From Barthelona sp. PCE (lineage: Eukaryota), in the NCBI GenBank assembly GCA_040285745.1, contig JAUFOR010000004.1, forward strand, positions 372,001 through 436,000: a stretch of 64,000 nt of DNA. Reading direction: 5' to 3'. This document shows, in pieces, positions 19,918 to 30,831 of this stretch; the stretch's first letter is position 1; each line of letters begins with the position of its first letter. Made by a program: the position numbers and the translations under genes. The notes under the pieces are model-generated. The model ran no database searches, was not told the DNA's origin, and worked only from the letters and a program-made list of their open reading frames with translations.

Positions 19918-21502
19918 ATGTCATACGAGATCAAGACAATCCCGTTTGACTATCGTGAGGCTGAAAACCTCAACGATGCACTCAATGCACTAGTTTTGTT
20001 CAAATCTCAATGCACACGCGTTTTTGGGAGTATAAAGGACAAGGTATGCTTTTGAACTCACAAATTAATGGAATTCTGTTAACATTTAGGTATCTCACCT
20101 GTCTAAAGAACTGGATGCGGTAAATAATCGTATTGAAAAGACTAGAACTATAATCAACAATATTTCTAGTGACACATCAAGGGCAATTACCGTATTCTCG
20201 AAGCCAAAATATCCTAAAGACAAATTGAAAATGCCTCCAAATGTTATCCTTGTTAAGGATTCCGACAGCGATTCCAAACCAGATGGAATTGTGATGTGTG
20301 ACCGAACTCAGGCAAGTTTGACGGCAGGGCAGGAGGCGCACACATATGAGGAAGAGGTTGAACTTTTCAGATCACTTAAGAGTGTTCCTGAGTTCACCAG
20401 ATACATTGAAAGCGATTTGGGCATCGAGTCAAAGACGTTGGGGTCCCTCCCTCATAAGATCAACAGCGTAAGTTCACTTTTACTGTTTAATACCAGTGAA
20501 AATCCTTATAAGGAGTACACAATTATTGATAATTTGATGCCCAAGACGGTGGACATCGATGAGGTGAAGCGCAAGCAGCAGGGATTTGCAGCACCGGAGG
20601 TTACGTTGCACAACCAGGCAGTGGTTGGTCGTGTCACCCGTAACATTGATTATATTCCTGATGCAGCACAGTTGCCCGAGTTCCAGAACGTTCCTACGAG
20701 CATTCCTGCATTGCGTTCTGTCGCGGTCAATCTCACGGCCGAGTTTGACAATGATGATAGTGTCGCGCCATCTCGCCCTGATCTTCCACCACAGACCGTC
20801 CCACCACCCACTACAGTTCCACCACCGGCAACAGGAAGCGTCCCACCACCACCTGTAGCAGGCAACGTTCCTCCTCCACCAGGCCCCGGCAATGTACCGC
20901 CTCCGCCTGGTCCTGGACCCGTTCCTCCAGCTGGCGATAAGCCACCAATGCCGATGCCTGCGCCGTCAACAGACGAGAAGCCGAAGCCGGCCCCCGTCAG
21001 TGGCCATGGTAATCTTTTGGCGGATATCAAGGCCATGAACTGGAAAAAGAACCTGAAGTCCCGTGACAAGGTTGAGAAAGAGGAGAAGGAAAAGAAAATT
21101 GAGAAAGCCAGGTCAGTCGGGAAGAACGCCGGATTCCATGATCAGTTGAAGGCAAGGCTGGCGCTTATTGCAAGTGGCATGCGTGGCGAAGTGTTGAAGA
21201 GCTCCAAGTCAAAGAAACCAGAAGATAAAAAAGAGGTTTCTCAGCCGAAAACTGAAAAGAAGGATAAGTTCGAAATTGAATCTGATGGGTTTTCTGATGA
21301 AGAAGAGCCCACGCCTGCCCTAGAAAACAGCGTCAAGGAGGAAGATGAGTCTGATGGCTTCACAGACGATGAGAGTGAGGAGGAAATTGTGCAGACAAAG
21401 GCTTTAGGTGTGCCGAAACAGCCGGAGAGGAGGCCTTCATCATCACAGATCATCAAACAGGCCGTTAATATGGACAGCGACGAGGAAGAATCAGATTGGT
21501 AG
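19918..21502 (+). CDS. WASHC1: WASH complex subunit 1; exons 19918-20043 and 20090-21502
   Basis: WAHD motifs (RAITVFSKPKYP, LGSLP...SVSSLLLFNTSENPYKEY), poly-Pro, WH2 (NLLADIK), central helix and an acidic tail ending DEEESDW. Confidence 0.92.
20044..20089 (+). other. 46-nt spliceosomal intron
   Basis: GTATGC...GTTAACATTTAG. Joins a 42-codon exon in frame to the WASH1 ORF. Confidence 0.9.
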
Positions 21503-21546
21503 ATAGTAAATAGAAAAATAGTAGCATAGAGGTTATATTGTACTAT

Positions 21547-21987
21547 TTACTCAAGATCCATGATCAGACCGACGCGTGTTGCGTGTCTTCCGCCTTCAAA
21601 CTGCTCAGTAAGGTATGTGCGAACACAAGCAAAGGCTACTTCAAGACCAAGCACTCGACCACCCAGAGCCATGATATTGGCGTTATTGTGGTTCCTGGCC
21701 ATCTTGGCGCAGTATTCGTTGTGGCAAAGGGCACATCTAATACCGTTGACCTTGTTTGCAGCAATAGAAATACCTATACCGGTTCCACAAACAACAATAC
21801 CCAAGCATTCGTTTTCAAGCACGTTCTTCGCCACTTTCTCTGCAATCTCTGGATAATGAATCGAAGCTCCATTGTGTGTGCCCTCATCAACCCATTCAAT
21901 AGGCTCATTATTGATTGTTTGAATCTTTTCCATAATGGCCATCTTCATGTCATACCCACCGTGATCGCTCCCAATAACAACTTTCAT
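21547..21987 (-). CDS. rpiB: ribose-5-phosphate isomerase B
   Basis: GSDHGG, CGTGIG, AANKV, ARNHNNAN and FEGGRH. Confidence 0.96.
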   Translation of the reverse strand: MKVVIGSDHGGYDMKMAIMEKIQTINNEPIEWVDEGTHNGASIHYPEIAEKVAKNVLENECLGIVVCGTGIGISIAANKVNGIRCALCHNEYCAKMARNHNNANIMALGGRVLGLEVAFACVRTYLTEQFEGGRHATRVGLIMDLE

Positions 21988-22049
21988 GTTTAGTGATAAA
22001 GGTTATACAAAATAAAACGTTATCGCTTTTTTAACCCAGTCAATTACTT

Positions 22050-23267
22050 ATGCAGAGGAACAGGGGTAGCACAGGCCTTGCAACGGGGCAGCAAAAGATG
22101 AGATTAGTTGAACAGACAGAAGAAAGGATAAGGATAGATAAGAAATGTACTCCAGAGGAGTATTCTAAGGATTATAGGGGTACTAAGTTAGACGAATACT
22201 CGTTTGGGGATAAAACCATAATTGGAAAAGGTGCATACGGGCACGTATACAGAGCTAAATTGGAAGAAGAAGTTTTGGCATTAAAGGTGCCTAACACTTC
22301 AGGATATATTGCCCACGCTACTATTCGTGAGTGTTGCATCCTTGGCCGTGAATTACACAACGGTATCGTAAAGCTAAAGGGTGTTGCATCTAAAGAAACA
22401 GAGAGTCCAACTGGACCAGTTCCAACAATGGGTCTTGTGCTGCAGTACGGTACCCACGACCTCCAGGCGCTTGTTAAAAAGAAAATCTTGAGTGAGGCGA
22501 ATCTCAAGCACATCTTTGGACAGATCTTTGACGTTCTGGTATTTTTACATGATAGGAGCATCTTACACAGAGACTTGAAGCCGGGCAACGTTGTTATGAC
22601 ATCAAACGGCGATGCAAAGGTGATAGATTTTGGTTTAGCCCGTTTTTTGGGTTTTACCGCTTTAAGTGGATCTCTGAACAGGACAGACGTGGATCTTAAC
22701 CCACGTGTCGTCACACAGTACTACAGAGCGCCGGAATTGTTCTACGGCTCTACTAAGTATAATGAGAAAGTGGATATATGGTCTATAGGAGTAATGTTAG
22801 TGGAATGCCTGTGCCGAACACACAACCAGCGCCAACCGTTCATACACAACTCTTTGACAGATATTTTGCACTCAATTCATTCCTTATGTGGAAGACCGGA
22901 TGAGAAGAAGTGGAGAGGTGTTAGTGCGCTGCCATGGTATAAAGCGATTGTGAAAGACTTTCAGCACTGTCCAAAGGACTGTAACATCAAGCTTAGGCAG
23001 GTAATGCTGGTTTTCTCACAGCAATATGGATATAACCCATCACTGGTAGATTTAGTGTGTTCATTGTTGAAGATCAACCCGAATGACAGATTATCTGCTC
23101 GGCAGGCGCTCAAACACCCTTGGTTTGCCAATAGTCCACGGGCAGTTGCACCTCAGTGCATTGATCACTTAGAACCAGAGACAGAGATGGTAGTGAGCAG
23201 GAAGAGATCAAGCGCATACTTTTCAGAGACATATCCAGTGAGGAAAGAACAAGCAGTTGAGGAGTAG
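22050..23267 (+). CDS. CDK-related Ser/Thr kinase (CMGC)
   Basis: GKGAYG, ALK, AHATIRE in place of PSTAIRE, HRDLKPGN, DFGLAR and VVTQYYRAPE. Confidence 0.9.
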   Translation: MQRNRGSTGLATGQQKMRLVEQTEERIRIDKKCTPEEYSKDYRGTKLDEYSFGDKTIIGKGAYGHVYRAKLEEEVLALKVPNTSGYIAHATIRECCILGRELHNGIVKLKGVASKETESPTGPVPTMGLVLQYGTHDLQALVKKKILSEANLKHIFGQIFDVLVFLHDRSILHRDLKPGNVVMTSNGDAKVIDFGLARFLGFTALSGSLNRTDVDLNPRVVTQYYRAPELFYGSTKYNEKVDIWSIGVMLVECLCRTHNQRQPFIHNSLTDILHSIHSLCGRPDEKKWRGVSALPWYKAIVKDFQHCPKDCNIKLRQVMLVFSQQYGYNPSLVDLVCSLLKINPNDRLSARQALKHPWFANSPRAVAPQCIDHLEPETEMVVSRKRSSAYFSETYPVRKEQAVEE

Positions 23268-23307
23268 TAAACAGAAAATAATTTTGGAAATAATTTTAAA
23301 ACTAAAT

Positions 23308-25881
23308 TTACTCGTCATCTTCTTCTCTCTTCTCTTCAGTCGAAGGGGTCATCTCCTCCATTGCAACCGTGAATTCGTGGCGCATAGCGTCCTGCTTGTT
23401 AGAAGAAATATCCCTCAATTTCAAAACACGGTTGAATAACTGGATGTCTGCATTCTCTTGTAGGTATATGCTGAACAGCTTTGGCAACTCCTCATTACTG
23501 TGAAAGTTAAGTTTCAACAACCCTAAAAGAACCGACGTCTGCTTTTCCCTCTGTTTTTTAATTGATTTCTTTGCAAAACGGCCCAAATCGAGATATCCCT
23601 CTGCAATTGTCAAACGATGGGCACCAACAGTGACAACATCCATTGCCATCTGTGCTTGTTCCACGTTCCAACGCACGCTGAGGACATGCGTAGTAAACAC
23701 CTCATATAGGTTTAAAAGCATCTTATCGTGAAGGAAAGAGAACGCTTCGGCATGAACAAAGTGCTTTAGGCGTAAGATGAAGCTGCAAAATATGAAAGAT
23801 AGAGTACTCAGCGATCCCTGCATCCATACCTTAACAAACTCCCATATTAAAGTGCAAGACTCCTGGTACAGCGCATATATGGCCGGCTTCGTATCTTCAA
23901 TTGTCAAGGCTGATGCAAAAATAGGATCGATCTGGGATTCGAACTCGGAAAGCATCGGTTGTAGGTTATCCAACAAGTATTGTGCAGAATTCAGAGCCAA
24001 AATACCTCGCATAAGTGTCTGTCCGCGAACTGTCCGGGGTTTCAGATTACTACTGATTAGCTTACCATCCTTGCCACATAAAACTTGTTCATGAAGCAAC
24101 CCACAATAAGCAGTGATGGCTTTCTTGACTCCATTAAACAAATGCAGTAACGTCCGTCTGTTATCTAGTTTCGAGCATCGGTGCATTGCTGCTGAAAACA
24201 AAAGGAAAATATCATTGACCGATTGGAAGATTGGAAGATCCGCTGCGACGGTTACTGACCCGTTGACGACGGGGATAGGCTTTTGCGTTGTATGAGAGGG
24301 GGCAGTCGACGATCTATCACTGTAACGACTGAGAGTGAGAGCACGGCTTAGACTCGACAGTCCTTGTCGACTGCTACCTCCATCCGTGAAGTCTACTTCG
24401 AAGTCAGGGCCCTCTAAAAGATGCGCGACCGAGTATCCACGGTACACGGCAAGCAAAGCCTTAATACCCGCCATCGACGTAACTTCTTTGTCGAGCGTCG
24501 AGTGCATGGTCTCATCGAAGCTCTTAACCTCTTCTGTGATGTATATGGTTTCTAGATACGGTAGGAAATGGATCGAAAGCTGTTTATCAAAGCAAAAGGG
24601 CATGGGCTTCCTTTCACCTATCAAAACTCTCTTTTTCTCTTCGATTCTCTCCATAAGAGCATCCATGTTTGTTGCTATGAGCCTCTGGCTGTATTTCTGC
24701 TTGATTCTAGCAACCTCTGTGGATACATTAGCGAAATTAAAAGATTCAGAACTTGGAAGATTCATCTCCTTCCTTGCTTCTTCCTCCATTTTAAGACCGT
24801 CAATCGTCCTGTAATAGTCGCCTGAATTGCTTACCACATATTCTTCGCAAAATTTTTGTAATTCATTCTCAAGTCCAACACATTCAGAGTAGAAAGCAAG
24901 GAAGTCTTTGAGGGAAAACGTTGTTCCGTTCAGAATGACACCTATATCTGTGCCAATGCCGTGCATGAAACGCTTACATATGGATATGGGCATCATCCAC
25001 CTTAACGGGAACAATCGCATGAACTTCTGTTCAAAAAACGAAAGGAGGGTGCGCAACCACACAATCTTCTCACGGAGCTCCTCGATACTCTTACTCTTGG
25101 GCATGTATTTGAACTGTGTTTCAAGGAATTGTTTCTTTAACCTCTGCTCTAGGTCTTGGGAGCATGCGCTTGCTAATGAGCAGACAGCCATGAAAGTGCT
25201 GGAAAAAAGATCACTGGGGTCATCCAGCTGCACAATATCATGTGTTTCTGTCTCAAAGCAAACGGGACAGAGCCTTTCGTATTCGTTTTCGGCCCTCTCA
25301 CAGTAGAACTTCAGTAGACGTTCATGGCGCTCAAGAAGAGAACGGACCTTGGGGATGCCGCGGAGATGCTTGACGCTCTCATAAAGGGAGTGTGCGGGTT
25401 CAAGAACGTTGCAAATTTGACCAAAATAGCTGCTTGATTGGAATCGCTCTAACTGGATAATTGAGTCCTCAAGCATCGCGATTCGCTCCAGAATAGCAAT
25501 AGAATTCTCAACGTTTTTCTTTGCCGAACTCAGGGTTTGGATTTTCTGAGAAAGATCGGATATCATTATTCTGGATCGCTTTGACTCCTCCTCCATTTGC
25601 GAAATACGCGTTATAAGGGCCCCTATCGACGTGCTGAATTGGTTGATACTCTCAGTTGAAGTATCCTCCTCAACGATTTGCTTCTTGATGAACCCCATGA
25701 TTTTGACACGCAACTGTGTCTTCTGAAGCTCGAGCTTTGACATGAATGTGTCAATGTGTTGTAATGACTCGTCATTCGGAAAGTATGTGTTGATATAATT
25801 TGTTACATCAAATTCTGGACTGTCTAGCGGATCATTTGATGGCACGATTTCCAACAGGCGCTTTTTATGTGTGGCATCCAT
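23308..25881 (-). CDS. VPS53: GARP/EARP subunit VPS53
   Basis: DPLDSPEFDVTNYINTYFPNDESL, IQTLSSAKKNV and LNSAQY. Confidence 0.88.
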   Translation of the reverse strand: MDATHKKRLLEIVPSNDPLDSPEFDVTNYINTYFPNDESLQHIDTFMSKLELQKTQLRVKIMGFIKKQIVEEDTSTESINQFSTSIGALITRISQMEEESKRSRIMISDLSQKIQTLSSAKKNVENSIAILERIAMLEDSIIQLERFQSSSYFGQICNVLEPAHSLYESVKHLRGIPKVRSLLERHERLLKFYCERAENEYERLCPVCFETETHDIVQLDDPSDLFSSTFMAVCSLASACSQDLEQRLKKQFLETQFKYMPKSKSIEELREKIVWLRTLLSFFEQKFMRLFPLRWMMPISICKRFMHGIGTDIGVILNGTTFSLKDFLAFYSECVGLENELQKFCEEYVVSNSGDYYRTIDGLKMEEEARKEMNLPSSESFNFANVSTEVARIKQKYSQRLIATNMDALMERIEEKKRVLIGERKPMPFCFDKQLSIHFLPYLETIYITEEVKSFDETMHSTLDKEVTSMAGIKALLAVYRGYSVAHLLEGPDFEVDFTDGGSSRQGLSSLSRALTLSRYSDRSSTAPSHTTQKPIPVVNGSVTVAADLPIFQSVNDIFLLFSAAMHRCSKLDNRRTLLHLFNGVKKAITAYCGLLHEQVLCGKDGKLISSNLKPRTVRGQTLMRGILALNSAQYLLDNLQPMLSEFESQIDPIFASALTIEDTKPAIYALYQESCTLIWEFVKVWMQGSLSTLSFIFCSFILRLKHFVHAEAFSFLHDKMLLNLYEVFTTHVLSVRWNVEQAQMAMDVVTVGAHRLTIAEGYLDLGRFAKKSIKKQREKQTSVLLGLLKLNFHSNEELPKLFSIYLQENADIQLFNRVLKLRDISSNKQDAMRHEFTVAMEEMTPSTEEKREEDDE

Positions 25882-25959
25882 TGAAAAAGAATGCTGAAAA
25901 AGAGGTGATAGACCAGTAAACAGTGTTATTTCCTTTACTTTCCTTTTCAAGTTTATTAC

Positions 25960-26805
25960 ATGGACCCACATGACATTGGTCAGGAGAATACCGTTGATTT
26001 TGAGATGCCTGAGATTGTAATCTCAACTTCAGCTTTGGACCTTGAAAAATGTGAGGACGATTCAATAAGGCACACCATTGTATCGAGGAGGCGGTTCAAA
26101 AAGAATAGTACTGTCAATATTAAGGTTAAGTTACCAGACCGATCGATTTTAGAGCTTCAAGGATGTTCAATTCAGCATACCCTTTTTGATTTATACGCAA
26201 TGGTTGAGTTCAAATGCAACCTCAAGGTGCGCATGCTTTATTCGGGGCATATGATACCGCGAATAGACATTGCTATTGCCAAATTCAGACCTGCCTTTAC
26301 AAATGATTGCACACTTCATGCTATCCGTCAAACCCAGAGTTCAGAGGTGGTGTCACAGAGCCACGACGAGTATGTACACCCTTTGAAGCGGCAGGGATTT
26401 CCAGATTCACAAGTTGCATTATGGCGATTATCTTTTTATGCCAGATTGCAGAATACAGGGCTTGAAGTACCTGATAGGATTGAAGTGCAACGTAACCTTG
26501 AAGCTGACTGGGGAGCAAGCCAACAGCACGACTTTGAAACAGGAAACATCGCAAGAGCTCACATTACTTTACTGAATGAGGCACAGAATGCGTTTAAGAC
26601 AAAAATATTAAGAACATCAACAGGATCCCACGTGGACCTGTTCAGGGGCCTTTTAATAGGCTGTATAGTTGGAGAGATAAGCTTTATTTGTTTATTTGAT
26701 GAAGGGGTGCGAAAAAATACCAAAACTGGTTTGCTCATGGGAGCAATACTAAAATTCCTAGTTAGACTATGTCATTCACTTTACACGAGCAGCGAGCTGT
26801 TCTGA
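25960..26805 (+). CDS. Dsc3/DUF2407-like ubiquitin-like domain membrane protein
   Basis: UBL domain (VRMLYSGHMI), LKRQGFPDSQVALWRLSF, LEADW and two C-terminal TM helices beginning DLFRGLLIG. Confidence 0.7.
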   Translation: MDPHDIGQENTVDFEMPEIVISTSALDLEKCEDDSIRHTIVSRRRFKKNSTVNIKVKLPDRSILELQGCSIQHTLFDLYAMVEFKCNLKVRMLYSGHMIPRIDIAIAKFRPAFTNDCTLHAIRQTQSSEVVSQSHDEYVHPLKRQGFPDSQVALWRLSFYARLQNTGLEVPDRIEVQRNLEADWGASQQHDFETGNIARAHITLLNEAQNAFKTKILRTSTGSHVDLFRGLLIGCIVGEISFICLFDEGVRKNTKTGLLMGAILKFLVRLCHSLYTSSELF

Positions 26806-27795
26806 TCACTTCTTTCTACTCTCCTTTCTCCCTTTTTCGGCAATCAGGTCAAAAATGCGACGAAGTTGTGTGCATATTTCTTTGGTATACGCAGGTATAT
26901 GGTAATGATTAATATTGTATTCGGCCAAGGCCTTGAGGACCCTTTCCTTCTTTTTGACACGTTTAGGAACGAAAAAGCTTTCCAGCGTAGTAAAATTCGA
27001 GTAAACTTTCATGTCCCTCTTTTTCTTTTTCTCTGTCAACAATGCATTCAGATTCAACGGTTGTGGTGTGTTCAGGTCGATCTTATCGTCTCTCTGCTGC
27101 ATTGCAGGAGCATTTGGAGTGGCAGGAATCTCCTCTGACGTTTCTTGGTTTTTCTTTTCAATGTCTAAATTCTTCTGGTAATACTGTAAAGCTTTAAGAG
27201 CAGATCCGAAGTTGTCCATCTTGTTCTCCTTCTTCAATTTAATGCGAAGCTTTTGACTATCCCGCAAGAAATCAACCATCTCTTCATCAGACATTTGCAA
27301 AGATCGAGAGTTATGGAACGGAAGAGCCTTGAACCCTCCTTTTCTTCGAGTGAACGTGTCCATGAAGCGGTCGTTCAAGTCTTCAAGCTCGTAATCGAAT
27401 TTTGTGCATTGCACTTTCTTCAAAAACGGACTAGCTCTTTCATTAAGATCCATTCCTTTGATGGTCTCGTAGAACCGTTTTTTGAGCTCAGGGACTGTGA
27501 AATTCCTTCCAAAAAGGGTCATTCGATCGTATATGATACTCCAATCCATGTTGTATTCGGCCGCCAGATCAAATAACCGACGGGTGCTGTCATAGTCCCA
27601 TTTGGGATCTTTGGGCATGCTCGACGTATCTGGAAGCTGAAGCCATGTGTGAGATTTTGGCAAAGGGTGATTAACAAAGTAGTGGCTTCTTTTGTGTTTC
27701 TGTTTCCATGTTTTGGAGGGCATCAGTATCGCAACATCTGATACAATGGGATCCGAGCCCACGTTTTCCTCCTCTTTAAGCCCTGTGGTATTCAT
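26806..27795 (-). CDS. SWC4: SWC4/DMAP1 SANT-domain protein
   Basis: WDYDSTRRLFDLAAEYNMDWSIIYDR...TVPELKKRFY. Confidence 0.75.
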   Translation of the reverse strand: MNTTGLKEEENVGSDPIVSDVAILMPSKTWKQKHKRSHYFVNHPLPKSHTWLQLPDTSSMPKDPKWDYDSTRRLFDLAAEYNMDWSIIYDRMTLFGRNFTVPELKKRFYETIKGMDLNERASPFLKKVQCTKFDYELEDLNDRFMDTFTRRKGGFKALPFHNSRSLQMSDEEMVDFLRDSQKLRIKLKKENKMDNFGSALKALQYYQKNLDIEKKNQETSEEIPATPNAPAMQQRDDKIDLNTPQPLNLNALLTEKKKKRDMKVYSNFTTLESFFVPKRVKKKERVLKALAEYNINHYHIPAYTKEICTQLRRIFDLIAEKGRKESRKK

Positions 27796-28097
27796 AAAAT
27801 GTGTATTGAAATTAAAAGTCGAAGCTGATATAAGTGGAGTTAAATTAGGTTGCTTTGTTCCCGATACAAGTCACCTGTGATGCGTGTAACGTATGAAATA
27901 GTTCAAATAAAAGCCCTCAATGGAGAAAAGGGATACTCTTCAATAAGCGACAGGTATATTCAAAAAGAAGACTTGAGCTTGGTTTAAATAGAAATTTAAG
28001 CCTGTTAATGATTGTGTAGAGATGTCAAATAGCCATAAATTTATGTTATTGCTATTCTCAACCGTATCACGGGTTTTTTGGGGATTTATTCACTTCA

Positions 28098-30794
28098 ATG
28101 GCAGAAATAATCGAGCAGTTACCCGACAGATTGAAGGAATCGGGTGCATTTCTGCATGAAGCTACGCTTTTGGCATATGATAAGGAGGCACTGGTTTTTA
28201 ACGAAGCCAAGTCGCTGGCTGCTAAGGCTGAGGCTTTAGTCGAAGCTGAGGGCGGAGAAGTATCAAAAAGAAAGCAGACAATGATGAAAATGGAAAGTTT
28301 GAAGCTCAAATTAGCACATTCAGATCAATTACTGCAAGAATTGCGTGACAAACAGGCTGCACGTGATGCCAAGATTGATGAATTAGAGGGAGAACGTGGA
28401 TCTAAAGAAAATGAGATTGCAACCAAAAAACAGTTTTATATTGATAGCATTCAGCCTCAGATCAAAAACCTTAACACGGTGAACGCACAGATTGGAACAG
28501 ACATCACAAGGAACGAGGAAAGAAAGGAGAACCTTCAGATTCAAATTGCAAGAGCAGAGAAGCGCATCACTATACTGGATGATAATATTGTAGAATTGGA
28601 AAAACAGATTGCCCCATTAGAGCAGGAGCTTGCGCATGTACAGGCACAGCCAGACTTTGACAAGGGGGAGATTGAACGGTTGCAGAAGGGAATCGGAGAA
28701 GTGACAAAGGATCTTGAAGAGAAGAGGTCAGATCTGGCTCTGTATGAGGCTGACTACAAGAAGAACCACGAGGTCAACGTTGATGTCGAGGAGGAGATCA
28801 AGCAGCAGAGTGTCGCGCTGACAAATCACCGTAACAAGGTGTTTGCACTGGAGAATCAGGTTTTGAGGAGGAAACAGGAAATTGAACAAGAACAGAATGA
28901 ACAAAAGCTTATCCTCGCCGAACGCTCGAAATTTAAGTCGGAGGTTAAGGACGCCATGCTCAAGAGACACGCGTTGGGTAACAGTATGATGCTGTTGAAC
29001 GCCCAACACTCACAGAAGGTTACAGATCTTCACTCACTGGAGAGGCTGGTTAGGCGCATTGAAGAAGAAGCGCCTCGTTTGAAAGGCATAAGTACGGATA
29101 AAAAGATGGAGGTTCGATCCCTGAAGGAGGAGATTGAGCGTCTTGAGAAGGACATGGATCTGTTGGCTGAGGAAATTGTAATCAAGATGAGCGACGTTGT
29201 AAGAAGTGGTATGCTGAATGAGAAGCAGGCGAAGGAATTGATCGAAATGAAGACACAACACACTGATCTGTTTAGCACTCTTACTGAAGTGTTTGCTGAG
29301 AACAGATCATTGCAGAATGCTCTTAATGCAAAGCTTAACCAGAGGAACAACCTCAGTTTGGAACTCTCAAAAGCAGCACAGGCCGTAAAGGCAGACCAAG
29401 AAGCTATGGGTATCAAGGTATTGCGTATTTCAGAGCTCGATAAACGTGTTTCAAGTTTGAGCGAGACACTGTTGAAGTATCAGAAGTTATACGCCGCACT
29501 CAAGAACGAACGTAATTTATATCTTACAAGTATTAACAACAACAAGCAGGCTGTGTTGGAGCTGAAGGAGAAATTCGTCTTACTTCAGAACGAGCTAAAG
29601 ATCTTGCAGAAGGAACTTGCATTCAAGGCTGGAGATTTGAGCAAGATACAGTTATCCCTGCGTAACTTAAAGAACGAGAAGCTACAGAGTTATCTCTCCA
29701 CGAATCGTCTCAAGGCAGTTTATCTTGAGAAGGAGGCCAAGATTGCAACACAATTGAATTTCTTGAAAAATCACACTGATCAACTCAACGCAATTGAATC
29801 GCAGCTTATTAAGTTGAGAAAGGTGTACGCAAACGCTATTGACGAGCGTAACTACCTTGGCTTGCAGCTCATTGACCGAAACGACGAACTGGCGATCTTG
29901 TACGAAAAATCGAATCTGATGAAGAACATTGTTGATCAGGGTATGATCACGCTTGATCAGAAGGAGTCTGAGATCCACTCTCTTAACGTTAACCTGACAA
30001 CAAAGCTCAGCGAGCTAGAGGTTGTGAGGAAGGCGGCATATAAGCTGCCACACCTTCAGAAGCAAATAACGGCACTGGAGTCAGAGCTCATCAGGCAACG
30101 AAGTGAGTCATCTGATCTGGGCGAGAAGCTTGAGGACCCCACAAACACAAAGAGGTTTAATTTCCTAAAGGGCCACATCCCAGATATGAAAGAGTTACTT
30201 GCGAAGAAGGAGCTTCTGGAGACGGCGCTGGCTGAGAAGAAGGAACAGCTCATCGAAAAAGATCTGGTGTTGGACGAATTTACGGTGCTGGCACAGCGCA
30301 TGAAAGATCGAGTCGAGACAGACCGTGAATTAACAAAGGATACGGCGAAGAAGCTGACAGACTCACAGTACAGGCTTAGACGGTTGACGCGCAAGACAAT
30401 GGCGCTTGTGGCTGAACTGTCAATGACGCAAGCTCAGTCCATGCAGCTTGGAGACGAGCGTGGACGCCTGGAGGATATCGTAGATGATGCACATGACCGC
30501 ATGGAGAAGGGAGAGCCGCCAACTGAAGATGCAGATCTAGAACTGCAGTCGATGCTCATAACAGAGCGTATTCGTCGTGAACAGGCCATGAAAGCCCGTC
30601 TTGAGAGGGAGGAGGATGATTTACCCCCTGGTGCAGTGCGTACAACAGCCGAACCTCGCCCAACTATGTATATTCCAAGAGACGGAGTCGGAATCCCTCG
30701 TCCATACAGTATATATCGTCCGTTCAAACCATCACAGGCAGGCGCAACGATGCGTCACATCCGTCCACCAAGACCAACGGCTGTTATTTTATAA
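28098..30794 (+). CDS. CCDC146: coiled-coil domain-containing protein 146 (MBO2-like, axonemal)
   Basis: Long coiled coil, ERNYLGLQLIDRNDEL and C-terminal RTTAEPRP...PRPY...PFKPS...MRHIRPP. Confidence 0.88.
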   Translation: MAEIIEQLPDRLKESGAFLHEATLLAYDKEALVFNEAKSLAAKAEALVEAEGGEVSKRKQTMMKMESLKLKLAHSDQLLQELRDKQAARDAKIDELEGERGSKENEIATKKQFYIDSIQPQIKNLNTVNAQIGTDITRNEERKENLQIQIARAEKRITILDDNIVELEKQIAPLEQELAHVQAQPDFDKGEIERLQKGIGEVTKDLEEKRSDLALYEADYKKNHEVNVDVEEEIKQQSVALTNHRNKVFALENQVLRRKQEIEQEQNEQKLILAERSKFKSEVKDAMLKRHALGNSMMLLNAQHSQKVTDLHSLERLVRRIEEEAPRLKGISTDKKMEVRSLKEEIERLEKDMDLLAEEIVIKMSDVVRSGMLNEKQAKELIEMKTQHTDLFSTLTEVFAENRSLQNALNAKLNQRNNLSLELSKAAQAVKADQEAMGIKVLRISELDKRVSSLSETLLKYQKLYAALKNERNLYLTSINNNKQAVLELKEKFVLLQNELKILQKELAFKAGDLSKIQLSLRNLKNEKLQSYLSTNRLKAVYLEKEAKIATQLNFLKNHTDQLNAIESQLIKLRKVYANAIDERNYLGLQLIDRNDELAILYEKSNLMKNIVDQGMITLDQKESEIHSLNVNLTTKLSELEVVRKAAYKLPHLQKQITALESELIRQRSESSDLGEKLEDPTNTKRFNFLKGHIPDMKELLAKKELLETALAEKKEQLIEKDLVLDEFTVLAQRMKDRVETDRELTKDTAKKLTDSQYRLRRLTRKTMALVAELSMTQAQSMQLGDERGRLEDIVDDAHDRMEKGEPPTEDADLELQSMLITERIRREQAMKARLEREEDDLPPGAVRTTAEPRPTMYIPRDGVGIPRPYSIYRPFKPSQAGATMRHIRPPRPTAVIL

Positions 30795-30831
30795 AAAAAG
30801 TAGCAGTTTTTACATTGTTATGTTACATCAT

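Noticed and set aside
16476..23267. Functional cluster of the PHO80-like cyclin and the CDK-like kinase
   Set aside because: They are separated by four unrelated genes, and the kinase lacks the PSTAIRE motif of Pho85/CDK1.
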